Notes: generated from the letters alone by a model not told the origin. Shown: positions 1-11,402, counted from the stretch's first letter. The stretch: DNA of 64,000 nt from an uncultured delta proteobacterium (GCA_963771175.1 CAVYSY010000021.1:128001-192000), one strand, 5' to 3'. Numbers and translations: made by a program.

Positions 1-322
1 GGTAGCCGTCCGCGCCGGAGGCCAGCGCGAGCGCGCGCAGCTTGGACTCATCGGACGCGGAGTAGAGGATGAACTTCGTGCTCTGAGGCGCGTAGCGGCG
101 GGCCAGGCTCACCACCTGGTCGCCCTTGAGCGCGGGGAAGTTCACGTCCAGCAGCACCAGGTCCGGCTCGCTGTTGCGCACCAGGTTGGACACGCCCAGC
201 GCCGAGTTGTGCGTCTGCACCTCGAAGCCGTGGGCGCTCAGTGTCCGGCGGACGAGATCCAACTGATCTGGATCGTCGTCCACTACGAGGACACGGACCT
301 TGAGTGCCGCTGTGTCAGCCAT
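1..322 (-). CDS. Response regulator receiver protein (runs off the window edge)
   Basis: Manual translation from ATG at 322: [28 protein letters not shown]...PDLVLLDVNFPALKG...FILYSASDE; REC acidic pair and phospho-Asp present; start overlaps the kinase stop at 315-317. Confidence 0.85.
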   Translation of the reverse strand, partial: MADTAALKVRVLVVDDDPDQLDLVRRTLSAHGFEVQTHNSALGVSNLVRNSEPDLVLLDVNFPALKGDQVVSLARRYAPQSTKFILYSASDESKLRALALASGADGY

Positions 323-3266
323 GGCTTCTCCCGAGATGCTTACGGATGGTCTCGAGCAATTGCTCGCGATCCAAGGGCTTGGTGAGGTAGGCGTTGCACC
401 CGGCGGAGGTGGCCTTCTCCTGGTACTCGCGACCGGCGTGGGCGGTGACGGCGATGACCGGGATGGCGGAGGCCGTGGTGGGCAGTTGCCGCAGGCGCCG
501 CGTGGCCTCCCAGCCGTCGATGCGAGGCAGGGACAGGTCCATCAGGATGAGGTCCGGCGCGTCGCGCGAGGCGCGCTCCACACCCATCTCGCCGTCCTCG
601 GCCTCCAGCACCTCGAAGAGGCCCCCGAGGTATCGGCGGACGATGTCGCGGTTCTGCGGATTGTCCTCGATGTAGAGGATGCGCGGCAGGCGGCCGGCGC
701 GCTGGGCGTTCTGCTTGAGGAGCAGCCCCTTGGCCTGACCGATGACGTCCTCCAGCGCGTGGCCGCCCTTCTGGACGAAGCCGGCGAAGCCGTCGCGCAG
801 CACGGACTGCTCCTCGAGGGAGAGCGTCTTGCCGGTGAGCACCACCACCGGGACGTTGAGCTTCTCGGCGCGCAGGCGGCGCAGCACCTCGAAGCCGTCC
901 AGGTTGGGCATCATCAGGTCCAGCACCACGAGCGTGGGCGGGGAGACGCGCGCCTTGAGGAGGGCGTCCTCGCCGCTGTGGGCCTCGGTGGTGGAGAAGC
1001 CGGCGCGACGCAGGGAGCGGCTGACGAGCTCGCGGGTGGAGGCGTCGTCGTCCACCACCAGCACCTCGCCCGCGCCGGTGGTGGTGCCGATGCTGCGGCG
1101 CACCACGTCCACCAGGTGCTCCGCCTCGATGGGCTTGACGAGGTAGTCGCACGCCCCGAGCGAGAAGCCGCGGGCCCGCTGCTCCTCCACGGAGATGATG
1201 ATGACGGGGATGCGCGCCAGGTCCGGCTCGCTCTTGAGGGTGGACAGCACGCTCCAGCCGTCCAGGCGCGGCAGGTAGATGTCCAGCACGATGGCCTGCG
1301 GGCGCAGCTCGCGGGCCTTCTTGAGCGCCTCCAGGCCGTCCGAGGCCGTCACCACGTTGAAGCCCGCGGGTCCGAGCTGCCCGGCCACGAGTTGCTGCAC
1401 GAGCAGGTCGTCATCCACCACCAGCACCGTGCTGCCCTGGGCCACCGGCGCGAGCGCCGCGCGCCACGTCCTGCACGGCCACCGGCTTGTCCAGCTCGCG
1501 CGAGTCGCCCAGCCCCTCGCCCTCGAGGACGCCGGCCAGCCGCACCGTGAAGGTGGTGCCGCGGCCCAGGATGCTGTGCACCGACACGTTGCCGCCCAGC
1601 ATCTTGCTCAGCTCGCGGACGATGGCGAGCCCCAGGCCGGTGCCGCCCACCTTGCGCGTGGTGGAGCCGTCCACCTGGCGGAACTTCTCGAAGATGAAGG
1701 GCAGCTGGTCCGTGGGGATGCCGATGCCCGTGTCCTCCACCGAGACGACGGCCTCGTTGCCCTCGGCGTCGCACGGTGAGGACGATCTCCCCGGACTCGG
1801 TGAACTTGGCCGCGTTGGAGAGCAGGTTGAGCAGGATCTGCCGCAGCTTGAGCGCGTCCGTGCGGAGGTACTGCGCCTTCTCGTCGACGTTGACGCTGAG
1901 CTCGACGTCCTTGCCCTTGAGGTACTCCTTCACGGTGGCGTGCACTCGTCGACCAGCTCCTGCATGTCCACCCGCTCGACCACGACCTCGGCGCGGCCCG
2001 CTTCGATCTTGGACAGGTCGAGGATGTCGTTGATGAGCGCCAGCAGCGTCTGCGCGTTCGTCTTGACCACGTTGAGGTCGCGCCGGCCGTGCGGCGTGAG
2101 CCGGCTGCCCTCCTCGCGCGCGAGCAGATCGCAGTAGCCGATGATGCCGTTGAGCGGCGTGCGGATTTCGTGGCTGAAGTTGGCGAGGAACTCGCTCTTG
2201 AGCCGGGCGGCGGACTCGGCCTCGCGCGCGCGCTCCTCCTCGTTGCGCTTGGCGATGGCCAGCTCCGTGGCCAGCCGGTCCAGGTCCTCGTTCTGCTGGC
2301 GGATGATCTCCATCTGCAGCGCGCGCTGCTGGTAGCTCGCGAGCGTGCGCGCGGAGACGGCGCGGCTCTTCTTGAGCTCCGCGAGGTTCTCCTCCAGCTG
2401 CTTGTTGGCCTCCTCCAGCTCGGCCTTGCGACTTGCGCAGGGCCTCCTCGGCCCGCTTGCGCTCGGTGACGTCCTCGGTGACGCCCAGCACGTAGCGGGC
2501 CTCGCCCGGCGTCGTCCAGCAGCGGCAGCTTGCGGGTGGCGAAGATGCGGTCCACGTCGCCCACGCGTGCGCCACCTCCTCGAAGACCTTGCATCTTCTT
2601 GCGTGGCGAGGATCTCCGTGTCGATGGCGACGAAGGCGTCGGCCTGCTCCTTGGGGAAGTAGTCGTGGTCCAGCTTGCCGAGCAGCCACTCCTTGGTCAT
2701 GCTGGAACATGTCCGCGAGCGTCTTGTTGACGACGCCGAGGCGCCGCTCCTCGGCGTCCTTGACGAAGAGGACGAAGGGGAGCGCGTCGACGATCTGCTC
2801 CAGCAGCCAGCGCGAGCGCTTCTGCTCCTCCTCGGCCGCGCTGCGTGCTGGCGGCGCTCGATGACGCGCTCGAGCTCGCGCGTGACCACCGAGGCGACCA
2901 GCGCGCAGCCTGTCCTCGCTCGACGTAGTTGCTGGCGCCGGCCTCCTCCATGGCCGCGCGCATCTCCGCCTCGTCCCAGGCGGAGCGCGAGCACGATGAA
3001 GGGGCGATCCGCGCCCTTCTCGCGCAGCAGCGGCGCCACCTCGCGGAAGCCCAGCCCCGGCAGCCTCCGAGCCACAGACGGCCAGGTCCCACGGCTTCTC
3101 CAGCGCCGCCTTCAGCTCCTCGGCCGTGGAGGCCCGCTCCGCGGTCGACGTCCAGCGCCCGCGCTCCGCAGCAGCTCCAGCACGCCGGCGTGGACTCCCC
3201 CTCGCTCGTGACGAAGAGGAGTCGGGGCAGCTCAGTGCCCGACACGGCAGGCGCCTCTGTGGTCAT
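315..3266 (-). CDS. Hybrid sensor histidine kinase (degenerate N-terminal REC, PAS, HisKA, HATPase, three C-terminal REC domains), split by several indels
   Basis: Fragments across frames: PAS (LPFVLFVKD...[18 protein letters not shown]), H-box [19 protein letters not shown]-box [15 protein letters not shown]-boxes DTGIGIP and GGTGLGL, three receivers in ORF 315..1445. Confidence 0.85.
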
Positions 3267-3269
3267 CGG

Positions 3270-4437
3270 TCAGTTTCCCCCGAACGCGAGGACCGTCAGC
3301 GTCGTGTTGATGTGGAACCCCGAATAGATTTCGAAGTGCACATTCATTCCAGCCGCCGAGGGGGCGTGGCGCAAGGTGTCGGCCAGATCGGGGCGGCCGT
3401 TCGCGACCATATGAGCATATAACATGCGGCCGCCGCAGTGGAACAGCAGGGCGGCCTGGGGATTCTGGACGCGGCGCGGCAGCTCCTCCTGGAAGAAGGA
3501 GCGCGTGGCCCCGGCCGATGTCGCCCATCTTCATCAGCTCCAGCTCGGTGCCCTCCTCCAGGAGGTTGGCGAAGAGGATGGAGTCGTCGGGCAGCGGCTT
3601 CCACGGGGCGCGGATGAAGTACTCGCGGCCCACCTTGAGGGCGGTGGGCTGGGCGGCGAAGCCGTTGGGCTTGCCGAACTCCAGGTCGTCCACGGGCACG
3701 CCGAGGAGCTCGGCGTAGCGCAGGGCGGCCGGCTTGCCGTCGATCTCCAGGGCGCGCGGTGCGCTGTCGTCCACCTTGGTGATGACGAGGCGCTCGCCGG
3801 TGGGCACGTACCAGTGCGAGCGCAGGGCGGCCCAGGGGGCGTTCGTCTTGAAGAGGGCCACCAGCACGCAGTCGGTGGCCACCTCGCCGTCCACGTGGAG
3901 CAGGGCGGACTGCCTGGCCGGGTCCTGCTCGTGGTCGCGGCGCCGCCGCCCACGAGGATGAGCGTCGGGCTCTTCTCGAGGATGCCGAGGAGCAGCTCCT
4001 CCTTCTTGTAGCGGAAGCCGTCGTCGATCACGAGGCCGACGTACTTGCGCGAGTCGAGGTCCTGCTGGCGCACGCCCAGGTCCTGCGCGGCGCGCTTCAT
4101 GGCGGCGGCGCCCGCGCCCACCGCGTCCAGCGGTCAGGCCGGTGCCCAGGCCCAGGCCCACCTCGAAGTCACCCGAGAGCGCGCCCAGCACGACGCTGCC
4201 CTGGTGGATGCCCTGGTTGTCCAGCTCGCCGCCGGTGGTGGCGCCCACCAGGCGCGTGCCCGCGGGGAGCCGCTCGCGCACGGCGCGGTTGAGCGCGAGC
4301 TGGTCGCGCTCCCGCGAGGCGAAGAGGGTGACGAGCTTGGGGGTGGCGCCCCCTGGAGCTGTCTGACGAGGTCCTCGGCGGCCGCGATCGGATCCGACTG
4401 CGTGGTGCGAGCCGTCTGCATCTTCACGATCGGCCAA
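3270..4437 (-). CDS. FIST-domain (NosP-like) signal transduction protein, frameshifted
   Basis: FIST-N features (LVGATTGGEL, IDDGFRYKKEELL, LVGGGA), WYVPTGERLVITK...LEIDGKPAALRYAELLG and a FIST-C end (FHCGGR...GMNVHFEIYSGFHINTTL, stop at 3270). Start is TTG 4437 or ATG 4421. Confidence 0.8.
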
Positions 4438-4467
4438 GGAGGACCTCCGGGGGTGCGGGCAGCGGCG

Positions 4468-6238
4468 CTAGAAGCCGCTGCCCGGGTGGGTTTTGTGGCA
4501 GCTACCGGTGCACTGCTGGAAGGACTCGCGCCCGCCGCCCACGTACATGCTGCTCGATGGGCCCGAACTTCTCCACGTGGGACTCGGGGTAGCTCTTGTG
4601 GCACGAGAGGCAGGCGGCCTTGCTGGTGCGCTGGGTGCTCTCCTGCGACAGGTGGCAGGAGGAGCACTTCTCCAGGGGCGCGTCGAAGCGGCCGCGCGAG
4701 TGGACGAAGTGCGTGCGCACCGCGACGGGGCCCTCCAGCTCGAAGGCGAGCGGGGCGTGGCAGGTGGTGCAGGTGGCGCGGTTCGTCGGTGGCGTGCAGC
4801 ACCTTGCCCAGCTCGCCGCCCTGCTGGTGGCAGGTGCTGCACTTGCCGGTGGTGAGCGTGGCCTCGGTGCGCTGGGTCGTGCCGACCTGGATTTCCACGG
4901 TGCGGCTGGCGGGGACGTCCTCGCCCAGGTAGACGCGGCGGGCCTTCACCGTCACCCGGTAGGTGCCCGGCTCGGCGTTGGCCGGCAGCTGGTGCGTCCA
5001 GGTGTCGCTCACCGGAGCGACCCAGCCCGCGTGCGTCGGGTCAAACGCGCCGCCGAAGAGGTCGTTCGCCGGCGGCACGAGCGAGGCCTGGGCGAAGACG
5101 CCGTCGCGCTCGGGCGTGGCGATGGAGATGACGTCATCGGGCCCGAGGAAGGACTCCAGCTCGACGATGTTGCGCATGGGCTGGATGCGGTGGGCAGGGC
5201 CGATGAAGGACACCGAGAAGTTGCGCTCGCGATGCTTGCGACGATAGTACGTCGGCGGCCGCTCGAAGAAGCCCCGGTAGTACTCGATGCCGGACGTCGA
5301 CCTGCCCGAAGAGGAACTCGGCGTAGGTCGGCAGGCTGCCGGCCGGGTGGAGGGGCTTGCCGGCCCCGTCCTTCAGGGTCATCTGGAAGGTCACCGCGGA
5401 CCCGGGCGCGTAGGTGCCGTCGGCGCGCGGCGGGGTGAGGGCCTTGATGTCGATGGAGAAGCCGTAGCCCCAGGTGGGGTTGAGCACCTGCTCCACGGGG
5501 ATGAGGTAGGGGGCGCCGTTGCGCGCCGACCAGTCCAGGCGCAGGGCCCGGGTGTCCGGGGAGAGGGTGAAGGGGGTGGCCCCGGTGCGAGCGTTGCGCA
5601 CCTCGACGAGCGCCTCCTCGGTGAAGTTGCTCGCGCCGGTGCAGTCGCTGGCCGAGCGGCAGTCGCGGGTCCACTGGATGCCGCGCAGGCGGCGGATGAA
5701 GAAGTCGTCGTTGGACTTGCGCTTGTCCTCGCTGCCGATGCGCAGGGGGATGGCCCGGCCGGTGGGGCGGCCCTGGGCGTCCACCGGCTGCACGGTGAAG
5801 ACGCTGGGCTGCTCCATCCACTGCGCGCCCCGGTAGAAGCGGCGGCGGGTGAACTTGCCGGTGCCGTCCATGTTGGCGGCGAGGTAGCGATCGTCGTCGG
5901 CGAGCTCGCACCCCCTGCCAGGCGAGCGAGGCGAAGTCACCCTGGGTGCGCAGGCCGTTCACGCCCTGGTCCACCGAGGTGGAGATGGCGGCGCGCAGGT
6001 CGAGCTGGTTGATGAAGAAGGTCTCTCCGGCCTTCACCTTGAGGGGAACGGGCACGCCGTTGTCCACCTCGAGCGCCAGCCCCACGGGGGCCCGGGCCGG
6101 AGCGGGGCGCACGGCCGCGGCCTCCGCCAGGTCCTGGGCCACGCTGGTGGGCGCCTGCTCGGCCTCCTCCCGCTCCGCGCAACCCGTCCCCAGCAGGGCG
6201 AGTGCCGCGAGCCACAGGCCACGCCGAATCCCCTTCAT
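4468..6238 (-). CDS. Pentaheme c-type cytochrome lipoprotein (MtrC/OmcA-like heme module), frameshifted
   Basis: Signal peptide with lipobox-like Cys (MKGIRRGLWLAALALLGTGC); C-terminal CSTCH, CTTCH, CSSCH, CLSCH and CTGSCH motifs recovered across frames at about 4490-4845. Confidence 0.75.
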
Positions 6239-6558
6239 CGCCGGGGTGCGGACAGTCCTCTGCGACGGCACACAATGCGCTCCAGTTCCGCTCATGGCGG
6301 CCCCTCCTCGCTGTCGTTGCGACGGGCGCGGATCTACGCCCCGTCTGTTTCGCGCCAGCGGCTCTCGTCCTTTCCCACCAGGTCGGAGCGCTGGCTTTCG
6401 CGCTATTCCCTGTCAGCCAGGAAACAGCTCGAATCGAGCAACGACAGAATAAAGGGGTTTCACCTGAAATTTCAACTTCCAGGAGAAAATTCAGCATTCC
6501 CTGTAGTACGGAGTGTGCAGTTCTAGCGGAATGCACCGCGTCATGAGGACGCGCCGCG

Positions 6559-7512
6559 TCAAGAGGAGGACTGCGGCAGCTCGATGGTGAAGGTGGAGCC
6601 CTCGCCGGGACGGCTGGAGACGTGGACGGTGCCGCCGTGGGCCTCCACGAGCTGGCGGACGATGTAGAGGCCGAGCCCGGCGCCGGGCCGCCCGGTGTCT
6701 CCCAGCCGCTCGAAGCGGCTGAAGAGACGCTCCTGGGCCTCGGGAGGGATGCCCATGCCGTGGTCGCACACCGAGAGGCGGACGCGGGAGTCCTCGGCGA
6801 GGACGTGGAGCTCGATGGGGCGGCCCTGGCCGAACTTGAGGGCGTTGCTCAGCAGGTTGGTGACCACCCGGTCCAGGCGCTGGCGGTCCCACCGGCCGCG
6901 CACCGGGCCCGGCGCGTGGACCACCAGGGCGCTGCCGAGGCCGGCGGCCTGATCGGCGAAGCGCTCGGCCACCTCGCGCAGGAGGGCGGCCAGGTCCAGC
7001 TCCCTGGGCTCCAGGTCCAGCCGGCCAGCGGACAGGCGCGAGAGGTCCAACAGGTCATTCACCATCAGGCCCATGCGGCGCGCCTCGCGCTCGGCCTTGG
7101 CGAGGCCCTCCAGGGCGGGGGCATCCGGGGGCATCTGGCCGCGCAGCCGGTGCAGGCGGAGGTGGAGCGACGTCAGGGGGTTGCCCAGGTCGTGCGCGGC
7201 CACCCCCACCAGCTCGAAGGCGGCCTGGACCTGGTCGCGCAGCCGGGCGTTCTCCTGGGTGAGCGACACGGGGAGGGAATGGGGCTGCTCGGGGTGGAGC
7301 GCCTGCCGCAGCGTCCAGCCCAGCACGCCTCCCATGGCCATCCCCACGAAGCCCGTCATCATCATCGTCAGCCGGAGCCCGCTCGCGTCCAGGGCGAGCG
7401 AGGGCAGGGGGGCCGGTGCCAGGAGCAGCAGCCCCAGCAGGGTCCCTATCGACAGGGTCGACAGGAGCAGGCTCGCGCCGGCGCGCAGCGCGATGGGATG
7501 ACTCGGCAGCAT
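6559..7512 (-). CDS. Membrane-bound sensor histidine kinase
   Basis: Two N-terminal hydrophobic segments; AAHDLGNPL H-box, NLLSNALKF N-box, DHGMGI and GAGLGL G-boxes. Confidence 0.9.
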   Translation of the reverse strand: MLPSHPIALRAGASLLLSTLSIGTLLGLLLLAPAPLPSLALDASGLRLTMMMTGFVGMAMGGVLGWTLRQALHPEQPHSLPVSLTQENARLRDQVQAAFELVGVAAHDLGNPLTSLHLRLHRLRGQMPPDAPALEGLAKAEREARRMGLMVNDLLDLSRLSAGRLDLEPRELDLAALLREVAERFADQAAGLGSALVVHAPGPVRGRWDRQRLDRVVTNLLSNALKFGQGRPIELHVLAEDSRVRLSVCDHGMGIPPEAQERLFSRFERLGDTGRPGAGLGLYIVRQLVEAHGGTVHVSSRPGEGSTFTIELPQSSS

Positions 7513-7751
7513 GTGGCTTCCCCCCCGGCGGCCCCGGGTCCAGGGTCGCAGGCCCGTCCACCTTGCACGGGGCGGGTCTGTCGAGAAATCGCCCTCGCGG
7601 ACAGGACAGCGTCCGATAGATGACAGATGCGTTGCCCCGGAGTACGAGACGGGACCGAAATTCGCGGGGTTCGCGGGATGGCCTGGGGTGCTTCCCGAGG
7701 TTATGAGCGAACCCTCTTTTTCCTTTCAAACTGAAGGACTCGCTTCCGACC

Positions 7752-10700
7752 ATGTCCCTCGTTCCAGGCAACAAGGTCCGTTACCTCCCCCAGCCCGATT
7801 GGGGCGTGGGGCACCTCCTGTCCCTGGAGGACGCGGGCGCCAAGGCGCTCGTCCTCTTCCCCGCCCGGGAGGGAGAGCCGGTGCTGGTGTCCACCAAGGG
7901 CGGGGCCCTGGTGCCCTACGTGCTCACCAAGGGGGAGCCCGTGCAGACGGCCAAGGGCCGGCGGGCCACCGTGCTGGGCGAGGAGGAGGGCGGCCGCGGC
8001 CTGCGCCGCTACGTCATCCGCTACGCGGACACGGGCGAGGAGGACGAGATGCCCGAGTCCGAGGTGCACGCGCTCGCCCCGCGCTCGGATTTGCTCTCCA
8101 CGCTGCGCGAGGGCCGGGTGGGGGACGCGCGCGCCTTCGCCCTGCGCAAGCAGGCGCTGGTGCTGGACGACGAGCGGCGCTGTGACGCGCTGGGCGCGCT
8201 GCTGGCCAGCCGGGTGATGGTGAAGCCGCACCAGGTGGGCGTGGTGCAGCGCGTGCTGAGCGCGCGCCGGCCGCGCTTCGTGCTCGCCGACGAGGTGGGC
8301 CTGGGCAAGACGATTGAAGCGGGCATGGTGTTCAGCGCCCTGCGCCTGTCGGGGCTCGCCCGGCGCGTGCTGGTGGTGGCCCCCAGCCACCTCACCGTGC
8401 AGTGGCTGGTGGAGCTCTTCCACAAGTTCAACCAGCTCTTCACGCTGATGGACTCGGAGCGCTACGCGCAGTCGCTCAAGGAGATGCCGAGCGTGTCTCC
8501 GTGGGCGCGCTTCCCGCTGGTGGTGACGAGCCTGGAGATGCTCGCGCGCGGCGAGGAGCACCGGGAGGCCGTGGCCGACGAGGGCGCCTTCTGGGACCTG
8601 GTCATCATCGACGAGGCGCACCACCTCAAGGGCGAGAAGGCCTTCGAGGCCGCCGAGGGGCTGGCGGCCAACAGCTGGGGCCTGCTGCTGCTGACGGCGA
8701 CGCCGATGCAGTTGGATCCGGCCGAGTACCACGGGCTGCTCACGCTCATCGACGCGGCCACGGCGCCCACGGTGAAGGGCTTCGAGCAGCGGCTGGCGCG
8801 CCAGGAGGAGCTGAGCACGGCGGTGCGCGGGCTGCTGGAGGGCAAGGACGCGGCGGGCGCGGTGAAGGCCCTGGCCGCGCGCTTCCCGGAGGACCCGAAG
8901 CTCAAGGGGCTGAAGGAGCGCGACGCGCTGCTGCAGCACCTGGCGGAGACGTACAGCCTGTCGGACCGGCTGGTGCGCAACCGGCGCGCGGTGGTGGGTG
9001 GCTTCTCCACGCGTCGCCTGCACCGCCACCCGGTGAAGCTGTCCGCCGAGGAGCTGAAGACGCGCGACGCCGCCCTGGCCGCGCTCGCCGACTCCAACCT
9101 GCGCGGCGCGCCGCTGGGCAACCTGCTGCGCCGGCTGGAGTCCAGCCCCGCCGCTTTCGGCGAGGCCCTGCGCACCAACAAGGCCCTGGCCAGCGTGGCC
9201 GGCAGCCTCAAGCTGCCCTCGCGCGACGCGAAGTTCAGCGCCTTCCTGGAGGTGCTGCGCGGGGTGTGGGGCTCGGAGCCGAACGCCAAGGTGCTCGTCT
9301 TCACCGAGAGCCGCGACACGCTGGAGAACCTGCGCGCGGAGCTGGGGCGCGAGGGGATTGAAGCGCTCGCGTACCATGGAGACCTGCCCATGGTGGAGCG
9401 GGACAGGCAGGTGGCGCGCTTCCGCGACCCCGAGGGCCCCAAGGTGCTGCTGTGCACCGAGGTCGGCGGCGAGGGCCGCAACTTCCAGTTCGCGCACCAC
9501 CTGGTGCACTACGACCTGCCGTGGAGCCCGGCGACGGTGGAGCAGCGCATCGGCCGCCTGGACCGCATCGGGCAGAACCACCCGGTGGAAATCCACGTGT
9601 TCGACCCCGCGGGCACGCTGGCGTCGGACGTGCTGATGCTGCTGGCGGACGCGGTGGGCGTCTTCGGCGAGACGGTGGGCGGCCTGGACGCGGTGCTGGA
9701 GGAGGTGGAGGACCGGCTCACCGAGCTGGCGCTGCTGCCGCGCGAGTCGCGCGTGGCGTACGCCTCGGAGCTGAAGGAGAAGGTGGAGGCGGCGCGGGCG
9801 CAGGTGAAGCGCGCGTATGACCCGCTGCTGGACATCCGCTCGTTCGACCGCGAGGCGGTGGCGCGGCTGGTGACGCGCGCCCAGGAGCGCATGGGCGTGG
9901 AGGCCGACGAGGAGGAGGAGTCGACGCTCGAGGAAGGCCTGTGGAGCGTGGCGAGAGACCTCGACGAGCGGCTCGAGGAATCGGTGACGGAGCTGGCGCG
10001 CCGGGTGGGCATCGGCGTGGACACGGACGAGCAGGTGGATGCCTTCCAGTGCGCGCTGCACTTCGGGCACGCGCTGAAGGTGGAGGGCCTGCCGGGCATC
10101 GACATCACCGAGGACCGGACGGTGCTGGGCACCTTCTGGCGCGACACGGCGGTGGAGGCCGAGGAGCTGGAGTACTTCGCGACGGGCCACCCCATCGTCG
10201 AGGCGCTGTTCGGCTTCCTGCGGGACGGGCCGTACGGGCGCAGCGGGGCGCGCTTCATCGAGAAGCGCGGGCCGATGAAGGCGCGGGGCCTGGAGCTGCT
10301 CTACCACGTGCAGATGCCGGAGCCCGAGGACACCTCGCCGGGAGCACGCGTGCCGAGCCGGCAGATTGCGCGCTTCCTGGAGCGCACGCTGGTGCACGTG
10401 GCGGTGGTGGACGGCCCCACGGGCCCGAAGGCGGACACGGTGGTGTTGCCCGCGCTGGAGGCCGAGGGCAAGACGCTCAAGGGTGACGAGGTGCTGCGCC
10501 TCTTCCCGGGCTTCGGCGGCTTCGTGGACAAGGGCGTGCCGGTGGCGGAGCAGGCCGCCGAGGCCGAGCTGAAGAAGCTGCGGACGCGAGCGCGCAAGGC
10601 GATTGAAGCCGAGCGCGACGCGGCACTGGAGCGCATGCGGCTATCGCTGTCGCACCAGGGACTGGAAGCGGAGTCCGTGGAGGAGCAGCTCGCCGCCGAG

Positions 10701-10787
10701 CGCACCCACTACGAGCGGCTGCTGACGGCGCTGGCGGGGGCGAAGGTGGTGCTCGACTCCGCCTGCGGCTTCGTCATCAACCGCTGA
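7752..10787 (+). CDS. RapA/HepA-like SNF2-family ATPase (RNA polymerase-associated)
   Basis: ADEVGLGKT Walker A, DEAHH, TATP, TEVGGEGRNFQFA, YDLPWSP...EQRIGRLDRIGQ; C-terminal GTF/GHP motifs typical of RapA. Confidence 0.85.
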   Translation: MSLVPGNKVRYLPQPDWGVGHLLSLEDAGAKALVLFPAREGEPVLVSTKGGALVPYVLTKGEPVQTAKGRRATVLGEEEGGRGLRRYVIRYADTGEEDEMPESEVHALAPRSDLLSTLREGRVGDARAFALRKQALVLDDERRCDALGALLASRVMVKPHQVGVVQRVLSARRPRFVLADEVGLGKTIEAGMVFSALRLSGLARRVLVVAPSHLTVQWLVELFHKFNQLFTLMDSERYAQSLKEMPSVSPWARFPLVVTSLEMLARGEEHREAVADEGAFWDLVIIDEAHHLKGEKAFEAAEGLAANSWGLLLLTATPMQLDPAEYHGLLTLIDAATAPTVKGFEQRLARQEELSTAVRGLLEGKDAAGAVKALAARFPEDPKLKGLKERDALLQHLAETYSLSDRLVRNRRAVVGGFSTRRLHRHPVKLSAEELKTRDAALAALADSNLRGAPLGNLLRRLESSPAAFGEALRTNKALASVAGSLKLPSRDAKFSAFLEVLRGVWGSEPNAKVLVFTESRDTLENLRAELGREGIEALAYHGDLPMVERDRQVARFRDPEGPKVLLCTEVGGEGRNFQFAHHLVHYDLPWSPATVEQRIGRLDRIGQNHPVEIHVFDPAGTLASDVLMLLADAVGVFGETVGGLDAVLEEVEDRLTELALLPRESRVAYASELKEKVEAARAQVKRAYDPLLDIRSFDREAVARLVTRAQERMGVEADEEEESTLEEGLWSVARDLDERLEESVTELARRVGIGVDTDEQVDAFQCALHFGHALKVEGLPGIDITEDRTVLGTFWRDTAVEAEELEYFATGHPIVEALFGFLRDGPYGRSGARFIEKRGPMKARGLELLYHVQMPEPEDTSPGARVPSRQIARFLERTLVHVAVVDGPTGPKADTVVLPALEAEGKTLKGDEVLRLFPGFGGFVDKGVPVAEQAAEAELKKLRTRARKAIEAERDAALERMRLSLSHQGLEAESVEEQLAAERTHYERLLTALAGAKVVLDSACGFVINR

Positions 10788-10793
10788 GCCAGA

Positions 10794-10819
10794 CCCCTCT
10801 CCTCCCGAGTGGAGAGGGG
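10794..10819. terminator. Hairpin between convergent genes (CCCCTCTCC-N8-GGAGAGGGG), REP-like or bidirectional terminator
   Basis: 9-bp perfect inverted repeat in the short gap between two stop codons. Confidence 0.5.
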
Positions 10820-10829
10820 AGGGCTCCTC

Positions 10830-11399
10830 TCAGACGCGCAGCTTCTCGCGCAGCGTCTTGGCCCGGCCCTGTGTGTCCGGGTCCAGGCTGGTGAGCTCGA
10901 TGCCCTTGAGCCGCTGATCCAGGCTCTTGGGCAGCTTCGCCTTCACCAGCTTGCCCTCGGCCTCCATCTCCTCGAGCTTGCCCAGGGCCTTGTCGGCGAT
11001 GCGCTCGCGGGGGTGGCCCAGCAGGCTGTCGAGGAAGTACGGATCCTCCGGCAGCTCGGGGTACTTCTCCAGGTACTCCAGCACGCCCTGGGCCCAGGCC
11101 CGCGGGTCCTCGGCGGACTCCATCAGCTTCTGCATCGCCTGCTTCTGCGCCTTGCGCTTGCCCTCGGGGTCGAACGTCTTGGCCAGACCCTCGGGCAGCT
11201 CGCCGCCCGTGAAGAGCGCGTCCGCCGCCGCCTTGTACTTCTGGTAGGACGCGCTGCGCTCGATGCGCTGCTGCGCGGGGTCGTCCTGCCGGGAGGTGTG
11301 GCCTCGGCCCTTGCCGCGTCCGGCGTCGATCTCCCGCCAGCTCTTCGTCCGCTTGCCGGAGAAGCCCCCTCCGCCCCCATCGTCCTTTTCACGTGCCAT
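10830..11399 (-). CDS. Hypothetical protein (charged, helical)
   Basis: 189-aa ORF with GC3-biased codons, starting 4 nt after the upstream gene's stop. Confidence 0.75.
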   Translation of the reverse strand: MAREKDDGGGGGFSGKRTKSWREIDAGRGKGRGHTSRQDDPAQQRIERSASYQKYKAAADALFTGGELPEGLAKTFDPEGKRKAQKQAMQKLMESAEDPRAWAQGVLEYLEKYPELPEDPYFLDSLLGHPRERIADKALGKLEEMEAEGKLVKAKLPKSLDQRLKGIELTSLDPDTQGRAKTLREKLRV

Positions 11400-11402
11400 T
11401 CA

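Noticed and set aside
6300..6545. FNR, NsrR or sigma54 site upstream of the cytochrome-FIST operon
   Set aside because: The region is AT-rich with a TGAAATTTCA palindrome, but I found no convincing consensus match.
7701..10397. Long antisense ORFs (e.g. 898 aa opposite the RapA-like gene, 818 aa at 31988..34444, 651 aa at 54807..56762)
   Set aside because: Shadow ORFs expected from high GC3 codon bias; no recognisable motifs.
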